DNA of 34,669 nt from contig NGBS01000594.1 in the NCBI GenBank assembly GCA_002245135.1, forward strand, positions 124,001 to 158,669, written 5' to 3'. Position numbers and translations under genes: made by a program. Positions 1 through 10,174 of this stretch are shown one piece after another (positions within the stretch are counted from its first letter, which is position 1; every line of letters begins with the position of its first letter). Source of the DNA: Proteromonas lacertae (taxonomy: Eukaryota). A model generated the notes under the pieces. The model made no database searches, had not been told where the DNA came from, and was given only the letters and a program-made list of their open reading frames with translations.

Positions 1-5
1 AGCAT

Positions 6-328
6 TTATTTCATAACAATTTTCTTAAAAGTAGTAGTTTGATTTTTTGAAGATAAATAATGAACTCCACCTGGTTTTATACCATGATATGCAAACACTT
101 CTTCTTTTATGAAAGTTATATTAGATATTTTTGTATAATTGAAATGAATTAGATTAATTCCTAACTTCTTTATTGTTTCATTTGAATATTTCAATAACAT
201 TCCTAAATAAACATCATCCATAAATAATATCTTCTTTACATAATTTGAAGCATTTACTATCTTTCTCACTGTATTTTGATGTATAAATACATGAGTAACT
301 AATGGAAAATCAGGCCAAACATGTGTTT
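6..328 (-). pseudogene. Orphan 3' fragment of the GT31 glycosyltransferase gene, with an alternative C-terminus (...SSKNQTTTFKKIVMK*)
   Basis: Translation THVWPDFP...HYLSSK is identical to the C-terminal part of ORF 7288..8370. Similarity stops abruptly at 328 and the 5' part of the gene is missing. Confidence 0.85.
44..328 (+). repeat. 285-bp direct repeat, copy 1 (copy 2 at 7299..7583)
   Basis: Manual alignment at offset 7255 shows no mismatches from tttttgaagataaat to ccaaacatgtgttt, and the flanks differ. Confidence 0.95.
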
Positions 329-1547
329 TAATATCTTTACGCAATAGTGGTAAAACTGATTGCAATAGTTGCAATAATGGAATATAAAGAGATTAAAATC
401 AGTATTTTAGTCAAAATATATAAAAACAATATATTTAACTTAACGAAAGTGAAAAATGATATAATTCAATTATTTGTGGATAATTCTAGAGAAATAAAAG
501 AATTAAAGAATATATATCTGAATGTTATGTAATAACATTGTAATATAGCTTATGAAAAGATATTATAGACAAATGACTAACATGAAGAAAGTTAACTAAA
601 CTAAATATTTATTTATTCATTATTATGTTATATTTTTAGTAAGAAATGTAAAAATAGTAGAATTCTTCAATTATGCTATTTTAATATATATCATACAATA
701 ATATAGTTATTCTAATTATATCAAACTTCATCTCTTTTTAGATTAGTAGAAAACTAAACATCAAAAATTATTCAAATTCACTATAAAAAATAATTCGCAT
801 TGAATTTTATTTTGCAAATAGGATTACAATACTTGGCTCAGATCTGGTTTGTCAATATTTGACTTTTATACCTTTTTCTTTTGTTTTTTTCATTATGTTA
901 GAGATTAAATTAAGATAAGATTTTTTGTATATATAGTGATCTCATATTCTGCTTTATATATAGCTATAAAACAAAGAATTCTATTTTTTGATGTATTTTT
1001 GAATGAAGTGAAATATAAATACTAACTATATAAATTTAAAGTACAGTACATACTAAGTTAAATTATACCATAAAATAAAAGCTGCACTTGCAGTCTAAAA
1101 AAATATGAACAAATTTCTCAAGTCCTTAAATTTTTACTATTTTATATATATATTTCTAAACAACAAACAAAATTAAAGGTATGGTAATATTTTTATCGCT
1201 TAACCATCATATAACTTAGAATGGATTTTGAGAAGTGGTAAATAATTTTATTAAACTTATAATATTAATTGGTCTAAGCCAATACAATATATTGAATCTG
1301 TTATATATGCTGTGTATGTGTATTATAATAAATATGTTCAAATACTGAATAAGCATCTATATTACAACTATTTATATGTTATATCTACTTTACATAGTTT
1401 AATTTATACAAAATAACGAGTGAATAGATTGAACTATATGAGTAAATTGAAAAAAATAAATCGGTAAAATATATTCTTTACATTGTCAATGTAATAACAA
1501 ACGTAATTGAATTTATTTAATTGATTTTTTGATTAGTATTTTACTAA

Positions 1548-1643
1548 GATAATGAAGATAGTGAAGAGGAAGATAATGAAGATAGTGAAGTGGAAGATAA
1601 TGAAGATAGTAAAGAGGAAGAGGATGAAGATAGTGAAGAGGAA
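1548..1643 (+). repeat. Four 24-bp tandem units (gataatgaagatagtgaagaggaa) encoding a DNEDSEEE acidic tract
   Basis: Units start at 1548, 1572, 1596 and 1620 and differ by 1-3 substitutions. Confidence 0.9.
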
Positions 1644-2338
1644 GACGATGATGAAAATGCAAGTAATAACGAGTATAGATTAATGTCATATTTATACAAA
1701 TTCTTTATAAAGAATTATATTTCTAATGTCAATTCATCAATTCTATTAAAAGAATTATCTAGTATTCATCTTATAAGCTGCAGAACTTTCAAATCATTAA
1801 AGAGTAAAGTAATTAAAGATAATATTTTGCCAAATCCAGATAAGGATAATTATCTTAGCATTAAAGAAAGTCTAGTTTATTTATTGACAAATATAAAAGA
1901 AATTCCAATAATTAGTTCATCAATTGAAAAATGTAATAACTATATAAACATAAACAGAATAGACAAAATATAGTAATAAGCCTTGATGGAGTAGAAAATA
2001 GTCCATTTAGTACAAATAATAATGGTGTTTATGTGTTTTCATACAAAATTCTCAATTTTTATTGTAGTAATATGATTCAGGTTATTACTGTAACTAATGT
2101 AAGTGAAAAAATAAACAAAATATGCAAAGAACTCAATGACTTATTTTTAGATGGAATTAAGATTGATAGTGAGTTTTATAATGTGTATTGTATTTCGTTT
2201 ATTGGAGATATGCCTGGAGTGATAAAGTTAATGAATTATCATGACTTTGTATCTTCCAAGCATTACTGCCGATCATGTAATAGTTATGTAAGGAAAATAG
2301 GTGGGAAGAAAGTAAGACATAGTGTTAGAGGAATGTAA
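1548..2338 (+). pseudogene. Frameshifted, truncated Tnp2/Transposase_21-like DDE transposase
   Basis: An acidic tract is followed by YLYKFFIKNYIS..LLKEL. After a frameshift near 1950 it reads IVISLDGVENSPFS...SFIGDMPGVIKLMNYHDFVSSKHYCRSC, giving the DG..PF, GDxP and CxxC motifs typical of CACTA transposases. It is homologous to 33653..34669. Confidence 0.7.
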
Positions 2339-3356
2339 AATATTAACGATTATGATCAGTATTATAACTATCAAGGTTAAAGAGCTATCAATTCACATTT
2401 ATAAGTATAATATTTAATATAATTTATAAATATTATAGTGAATACTATTTTTGTATCACTAAATTCATGAAATATGAAGATATTTAATAGAGTTCTATCA
2501 TTACTAAAGTATATGATTATGATTCTATAAAATAGATTACCTTATGCTGGTTCTGCATTAGAAATGACATTTTCATAAAGTATATATTATTAATTTATAT
2601 ATTCAATAGGTTGTATAGTAATTTTTAGAGAAATTTAAGAATCAATAATAATTTAGAACAGTGATTTAATTTTTTTATTATATTTATGATGTTTATATAT
2701 GCTGTTAAATAGTGTAATACAGCTACTAAGGTGGGAGCAAGTAAATATAAAAAAAGCTAATATCTTCATATCTACAGGGAATTGAGGGAAAATAACTTGA
2801 TAACTGATCCATATATGAATACTTTTTACGATCTGCACATAATATCGCCTAACAAGCCAAATTTACTCATCAAAATTAATTTCTCTCAATCCAAAAATGG
2901 CCTATACCACAACCCTTTAAATTAGTGTCCGATGCCAACAAAAAAAAATCAATGGTTTTAAGTTCCTAAATAAGGAATACGTTGTATTAAGGTTAAAACA
3001 CTTCAAACTGTATTTAATTTTTTTAACCTTAGAAAGAAAATCAAAAGATTTTGTTTATGTTATGTTAGTAGCTATGACTATATATATATAAATATGCAAT
3101 AAAGAGATAAGATACCTAAATTAGGTAATTTAGAAACTAACTACACTATCATATATTCTAACATATAATTCATGTTATGGTAAAATTTTACTTTTTAATT
3201 CCTTATGGTTATTGAGAAAAAAGACAAAAAAGACAAAAAATACACTTAGAAAATTTTTATAGTGTTCTCTCTTTTGATTGGTTAAATTAGGCTTGACTTG
3301 ATTATCATTCAATTTATAATCCTAAATATCTCGCGTAATAGTGTTTAAACAATTAT

Positions 3357-6300
3357 ATGGAGAAAGAAAATATTAGTAGTGGATTTGCAGATACAGATAA
3401 AGGTAAAATTAGAAGTAGAAATTGGGGTAAAGGTGGTGAAGGTGAAGGTGAAGGTGAAAGTGTAGAGAAGAATGAAGGTACACCTAATCCTGCACCTACA
3501 AAAAAACCAAAACCAGATTACACAAGAGATGATAATGTTGTAATATCATTAGATAGTGTATTTGGTGAAGATGGTGGAATTACACACAGAAGATATGTAT
3601 GGCCATATAGTTTTAATGGAGGAAGTAGTGATTATGGAAGTGAATTTCTAGGTGATTTTAGGTATAGAAGTAGATGTGTATTGCCATATGATGTTAGAGG
3701 TGGAAGTAATGATATTAGAAATGCATTACTATATGATGTTAGAGGTGGAAGTAATGATATTAGAAGTGGATATCATGGTGATGTTGCAGCTAATTTTGTT
3801 GCTACTACTATTACTATACCATCATCAAATAGTTTTTTAGATATTACAAACAATTTACAAACTGTAAAGCCTAATGTTCCAACATCATCAGATAGCTTTG
3901 TAAAGATTATCAACAATATAAAACCTGATTCTAACACTGATGGAACAGAAATTGAATATTTAGAATTTACAGAAACTGATGTTGATGTATTTCAATTCCC
4001 CCTGAAAAAGATTTATGTCAGAAAATCATATAATGAAATGTTTAATTACATTCGTATATGTTTTTCATATTATAGAAATATTATAATAACAGGCCAACCA
4101 GGTATTGGCAAAACCTCATTTATGTATTATTTATTATACAAATTAATGAATAATGATGATTGGAAATCAAAATACCCAGGTGGTGTATATGTATATAAAG
4201 GAAAGAAACATGGAAATCCAGAAAAAGCAAAAGCATATAAATTAATAAAGGAAGAAGAAGCTGGTTATAATCTTATTGAAGTTAAAGATATTAATAGTTC
4301 TGATATTTACAATTCAATAATTATAGCTGATACTTGTAATTTCACTTTTGAAATAGATAATACAGTTATCTCTATTAGTTCTCCAGATGGTGAAAATAAT
4401 TCCCAGCATATACAGGATGATTATGATATTGAATTGTATTTTGAATCATTAGAATTTGAAGAAGTTCAGAAGTGGTTTAAGAATTGTATTGGTTTTGATT
4501 GTGTTAATGTTGAAAGTGATGAATTTAAAGATGTTTGTGAAAGATATGGAAATATTCCTAGATTAATATACTTCCATTATTTATATAGAATGAATTATAA
4601 TGGTAGAGATTATTGGAGTTATTATGAACAACTAATAGATAGTGTTGCAGGAAAAGAAGATTATAACACATTTTTAGATCATTATAACACTAAAGATTAT
4701 TTAAAAGAAAAAGATTTATCAAATATCATATTAAAATATGATTTTACAACGAAGAATAACCCTTTTTTAGGTAAAATATACGAACCAAAACCACATTTGA
4801 AATTTATATCAACATATGTTGAAGATTATATTATGTGCAAATTCTATCCTCCTAAAAATAATACAGAATATAACGATCTAATAGAAAAATATATTTCAAT
4901 GGAAAATGATAATGAAATGAAGAGATTTGCATCGAAACATCTCAAAGCATATGAATTAGCAACAAAGAAAATTATAATAGATAAGAAAGATGATAATTTC
5001 CAATTTAATTCAAAGAAACATATATCAATATATCATCCAGAAGGTTCAGAACATTTTGTTTATTTTATATTGGATAAAAATAATTATTTTGATTTAATTC
5101 TGAATGGAGTGTTTATAAAAATACAACATAATGTAAGTGATGATGTTGGTAAATTAAGTATGAAAGAATCAATAAAAGTATAAACAATATTATTATTTAT
5201 ATAATATAATAGGAATATAGTGAGAATGAATATACAAAATTTCATTATGCAATAATAGATGAAAACATATCAACTGGTAATATCCATACAACGGAATTAG
5301 GAATAAAAGAAGAAGATACAGAAAAAGATAGTAAAGATGATTCTTATGATAAAATAAAAGTGGTTGAATTAAGAAAATTATTAAAAATGCAAGGGTTAAA
5401 AGTAAGTGGAAAGAAGGCTGATTTAATTGAAAGATTAAATGCTAATAAAAAAGCAGTAGAAGAAGCACAAAACGCAGTAGAAGAAGCACAAAAAGCAGCA
5501 GTCGTAGATAGAGATAATAATAATAATAATAAAGGTAATTCTTATGATAAATTTAAAGAAGATGAATTAAGAGAATTATTAAAAAAGGAAGGATTAAGTA
5601 CAGATGGAAATAAGACTGAATTAATAGAAAGATTAAATACACTTCCACCTCCTTTATACAAACTACCAGAAGGAGTGAATATAGAAGTATTTGCGAAGAA
5701 TAGTAGGGTAATCTATTTAATGAGAAATTGTTATTATAAGATGTTGAACATTATTTGTCCTGGAAATAGTATTGATGTAAAATATCCATACCAAAAGAAC
5801 TACTTAATATTTGGTCATAAAAGAATTGGCAAAACAGTCTTAGCAGCTGTAATAAAAGAATATATTCATCAACACAATCCAAGTATTGAAATAATAACTA
5901 TTCGTGAATATGAACAACGTAAAGATACTACTCCATTAAATCCATATATTGTAATATCTGATGGAGAAATAATTGGTGAAGATGATTATGCTGATGCAAA
6001 AATGATAATATTATTAGCTACACCATCTGATGAAAAGTATAAAACATTTCAAAGTAAAAGATTTCCACTTGTGATGTATATACCTCCATTTACTAAAGAA
6101 GAAATCGAAAAAGTGATAATTCTGGAACATCCAAGATATCATTTATATGAAGATTTCCCCAATTATTTCATGAATAAAAGTGATTTAGATTTACATGTAA
6201 TGAAAATGGCAATTGCTGAAATAGAAGGAAATGAAGATGTAGATGATATAGATTCATACTTAGAAGTTCATATGAATGAAATAAATGCATATATTCAACA

Positions 6301-6643
6301 GAAAATCAACATAATTATATATAACGAAGAAAAAGTAGATTATAGGAAAAATTATGAATATTATGGTGGTGTAATAGGTAATTATAAACATAAAAAAGAA
6401 AAAATAATGGCTCAAATAGGATCAATTAAAACTGTAGAAGAATTAATTAAAGGAATTAATGTATCTTCAATAGCAAAATGTGATTATAATGATATATTAA
6501 TCTATGAAACCTTTGAAGATGATGTTACTAAATCAGAAAAGTTAACATTTATATCTGAGACAATAAAAGATATGGTTAAAGAAAAGTATTTTAAAATAAA
6601 TCCAATTATCAAATGTAAAGAAATGATAGATATGATGTTATAA
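3357..6643 (+). CDS. Crinkler/RHS-like protein of about 1083 aa: P-loop NTPase, putative REase-like region, two SAP domains, second P-loop NTPase. Exons 3357..5177 and 5213..6643.
   Basis: A 35-nt phase-0 GT-AG intron (5178..5212) joins ORFs 3357 and 5360 in frame. Motifs: IYVRKSY, GQPGIGKT, IIIAD, ISSPD, RYGNIPR. SAP repeats: SYDKIKVVELRKLLKMQGLKVSGKKADLIERL and SYDKFKEDELRELLKKEGLSTDGNKTELIERL. Second NTPase: YLMRNCY, GHKRIGKT, MYIPPFTKEE, YGGVIG. Confidence 0.8.
3686..3765 (+). repeat. Coding tandem duplication with a 45-bp period (YDVRGGSNDIR twice)
   Basis: 35 identical bp at 3686..3720 and 3731..3765, with a degenerate unit (PYSFNGGSSDYG) upstream. Confidence 0.9.
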
Positions 6644-7287
6644 AATCATGATAAATTTAAAGAATGGATTATAGGTAAAATGAAAATAATAAATTCATGT
6701 AATGTAATAGATGTTGTTGAGGTGAAAAGTGGTTATGAGATTAAAGATAGAATAAAAGAAAGATGAGAAAAGAAATTTGTCATTTTGTAAATTACTTTTC
6801 TATATTTTTTATTATATTAAATTGTCAAGAAAGAAACAGAATTAAGATAAAAAATTATTTCATTAAATATGACGAACTAAAGTGAGATTATATCACTACC
6901 TTTAAACATGGTATATCTAAGTAATTACCATTATATACAACACTTTTCTTACATACACTTCACATCATTTACTCATTATTTTCTACTACATTATTTTCAT
7001 AAACTGATGACAATAACACTAATAAATTTGCAAAATGGATATTATTAAAATATGAATATGTAATTTTATACATTGTCTTTATTGACAAGAATATCTCAAA
7101 TACAAAATACAGTATGAAATACAAATGAAAATGTTTTATTGATTTTTTGAATGATAGAAACTGAACATCTTATAAAAAGAATAAATTCATATCGTATTGA
7201 TGATAAATATGTTTTTTGACACTTGTTTAATCCACAAATCCTTTTATATGAACTTTTTCTTGAAAGAATATCATTTAATATTTACTT

Positions 7288-8361
7288 TTAGCTATAAATT
7301 TTTGAAGATAAATAATGAACTCCACCTGGTTTTATACCATGATATGCAAACACTTCTTCTTTTATGAAAGTTATATTAGATATTTTTGTATAATTGAAAT
7401 GAATTAGATTAATTCCTAACTTCTTTATTGTTTCATTTGAATATTTCAATAACATTCCTAAATAAACATCATCCATAAATAATATCTTCTTTACATAATT
7501 TGAAGCATTTACTATCTTTCTCACTGTATTTTGATGTATAAATACATGAGTAACTAATGGAAAATCAGGCCAAACATGTGTTTCATTATATATAGATTCA
7601 GGAATGTACCAAACACTTTTTTTATCCCTTATTACTATCATATTCTTTTTAATATCTGCTATAATTGTATGATTAATTGAAGATTTTTCATAGTGTTGTT
7701 GATAATATGGAATATTTACAAACATATCACTTTGTTGACTTAATATATATCTATAATCTTTACAATTGTCATTTAACCATCTCATACTCATAATAAATTG
7801 AATTGAATTGTTATAATAACTGCTTATATAATCAAATATTATCATATCATCATATTTCTTATTTTCTTCATACATTAATTCATTAATTGTTTCATTTCTG
7901 GATAAACCGATGAAGAAATATAAAGGATATTTATCTTTATATATCGCATAGGATTTTCTATATGAATATCTATTGATAAATGAATCTGGAGAAGAAATGA
8001 CAGAAATGATCAATGAAGATTTAAAACATCTCTTTGTTGATTGTAATACAACTGAAAATTGGATAGGAAATTTACTCAAATATGATTTATACTTGGATGG
8101 AGGATGGCCGATATGCCTTCCTTCATAAATTGAACCACATTTCATTGGATATTTATCTGAACAATTATTGTATACTTTGTACAACTGTTCCAATCTTTGA
8201 TTTATTTGTTGATCCATTCTAACAAATAAATCAGATTCAAGATTTGTCACTCTTTGTGCATTGTCAATTTTTGACATTCTTCCATTTGCAAATAAGTATA
8301 TTTCATAGAATAACACAATAACAGATGCGATTAACAAAACAGAAACCAAAATAATATTCAT
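7288..8361 (-). CDS. Beta-1,3-galactosyltransferase-like (GT31) type II membrane protein, intronless
   Basis: N-terminal TM helix and motifs ISSP..F..R..YRKSY, FFIG, EENKKYDDMI, DMFVNI, WYIP, MDDVYLG. The ATG is at 8361 (the ORF track starts at an upstream TTG). Confidence 0.85.
   Translation of the reverse strand: MNIILVSVLLIASVIVLFYEIYLFANGRMSKIDNAQRVTNLESDLFVRMDQQINQRLEQLYKVYNNCSDKYPMKCGSIYEGRHIGHPPSKYKSYLSKFPIQFSVVLQSTKRCFKSSLIISVISSPDSFINRYSYRKSYAIYKDKYPLYFFIGLSRNETINELMYEENKKYDDMIIFDYISSYYNNSIQFIMSMRWLNDNCKDYRYILSQQSDMFVNIPYYQQHYEKSSINHTIIADIKKNMIVIRDKKSVWYIPESIYNETHVWPDFPLVTHVFIHQNTVRKIVNASNYVKKILFMDDVYLGMLLKYSNETIKKLGINLIHFNYTKISNITFIKEEVFAYHGIKPGGVHYLSSKIYS
7299..7583 (+). repeat. 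285-bp direct repeat, copy 2 (inside the 3' end of the GT31 gene)
   Basis: Identical to 44..328. Confidence 0.95.
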
Positions 8362-8683
8362 TTTCCTCAAACGATAATCAAGCTTAATTTATATTTTTCA
8401 CTTACTTTAACTGGCTTCTATGTATTTTTTGTTGCAAATGTTATGAACCTAAATATTTATATCAACATTAATACAGTTTAATGTTATTCAATTGATAAAA
8501 ATGAACATTTATTTAATGAGTTTATTTCATTCTCTAGTAAGTATATACATAGTGAAAATAGGTAATAATAATGTATTTGAGTAATAAAACTATAAATTTA
8601 AAAAATAAATCCCATACATATAAAAACATCATCAATCACCAACAATTATTGATTATAAATGGTATTAAATTCAATTACTATTC

Positions 8684-9601
8684 TTATATTGCTGTTTGAG
8701 CATTATTAACAACTGTTTCTTGATTGTTAATCAAAATTTGATATTCCTTTTCATTTTCTTTTTTATCTATTTTCATTGTTGAATAAAACACAACAAATCC
8801 AATAAATACACCTAATACACTTCCAGCTAATATATCACTAAAATGATGTTTATTATCTTTCTAATTACAATAAAATAAATAAACAAAATACAGTACGAGA
8901 TCTAGCAATTAAAAAACCATCTAATAATGGGATTGAAGAAAATATTATCTTTAAAAATGTTTGTCGATTTTCATATATTTGATTTAATATCATAAATAGG
9001 AATAATGAAGTAAAACTCAATCCTGCACATGAATAAGATGAATGTCCTGATGGAAAACTTCTTCTTAATTCTGCTAATTCAGATTTCTATTGATATTTTA
9101 TATTGAATTTATAATTTTATACTGAACAATTGCATTTCGAATAATCTCCTCTCATTCCCATTGTTCCATATATTCCAGTTACATTGTCATATGGATAATG
9201 GCATGCGTCAAAGAAATTTGGACGTAATCTACCACAATAGGCTTTTAAATAATCAGTTATACAAACTGTTAAATAGTATGCTTGTAACAATGATATTATT
9301 GACCTTTGTAAACTCTATAATCAATTAATATAAAACTATAATATACTGGTAACTTTATTCTGTCTTTTATTTGGAGGATTATTAAAGGCAAACAAATCAC
9401 AACCACCAGTGGTAGAATTATAGCATATAAAAACAGTTCTACATCACCAACAGTACTTTCATGGTATGGTCTAGATATTGTTGCATCACCTTCAAAGAAT
9501 TCTGGATGAAAAGGCTCAATGAAATAAGATATTGAATCAATAACAGCAAGAAGAACAATTGAAATAATTCCACAATAATCTATCTTATTTAAAATAGACA
9601 T
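8684..9601 (-). CDS. PAP2-family lipid phosphate phosphatase. Introns 9315..9346, 9087..9122, 8861..8891.
   Basis: The spliced product has the three PAP2 motifs KAYCGRLRP, SFPSGHSS and SR..DNKHHFSDILAG plus TM segments. Confidence 0.92.
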
Positions 9602-9636
9602 GATATAAAGAGATTTTCAAGATTCAAAAATTAGAA

Positions 9637-9662
9637 AAACGAATATATTTTTAGAAATTTAA
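9637..9662 (+). repeat. 26-bp direct repeat, copy 1 (aaacgaatatatttttagaaatttaa)
   Basis: Exact match to 13395..13420. Confidence 0.9.
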
Positions 9663-10174
9663 AAATTAAGGATTATATCTTCAATTATGCATTTAGACAG
9701 GTCATTATCACGTTTCGGTATTTTCTAACTTTGATATATTCCTCCTAACTATAAATTAAATATACACATCACTTCTATACCAATATTGATAAAGAGTTAT
9801 TCTATGTACAAATCATAGGGTATTATTTTTAATTTCATTCAATTGCATATCAAAAATACATTGAATTTATTTAAATACTTTAAATTAAACAAGATACGAT
9901 TGCAGAGAAGAAATATAATAGACAGTTAACTAACAAAAACAATGGGATGAATAGCTCTTATCCAAATATTATTATAATTAATTTTCTTTTAGATCAAGAG
10001 AAAAACGTCTTTAATCAAAATAGATTTGAATGGCTTGATTTGATTTGGCATTTTAAATCAAATTTAAATAATTCTCATATAGACTGCTTTCATCACATTA
10101 TTATTTTACTGATCTGCTATTTATACTATGTTGAGTATGTTGTTTAAAATTAATATATTTTATAGTGAAATATA

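Larger units (their letters stand above)
779..3264 (+). mobile_element. Degenerate CACTA (CMC-EnSpm)-type DNA transposon, about 2.5 kb
   Basis: CACTATAAAAA at 779..789 and its exact inverse TTTTTATAGTG at 3254..3264, with TT on both outer flanks (possible 2-bp TSD). The pair encloses a broken Tnp2-like transposase. Confidence 0.65.

Noticed and set aside
347..532. Short ORFs 347..532, 2653..2838, 9947..10147 and 31608..31826
   Set aside because: No recognisable motifs or splice-supported extension, so they cannot be supported as genes.
10158..10167. TTTTATAGTG just upstream of NTPase gene 2 as a CACTA right end
   Set aside because: No matching CACTATAAAA left end was found in 9663..10150. 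It also looks like an ordinary 3' splice site.
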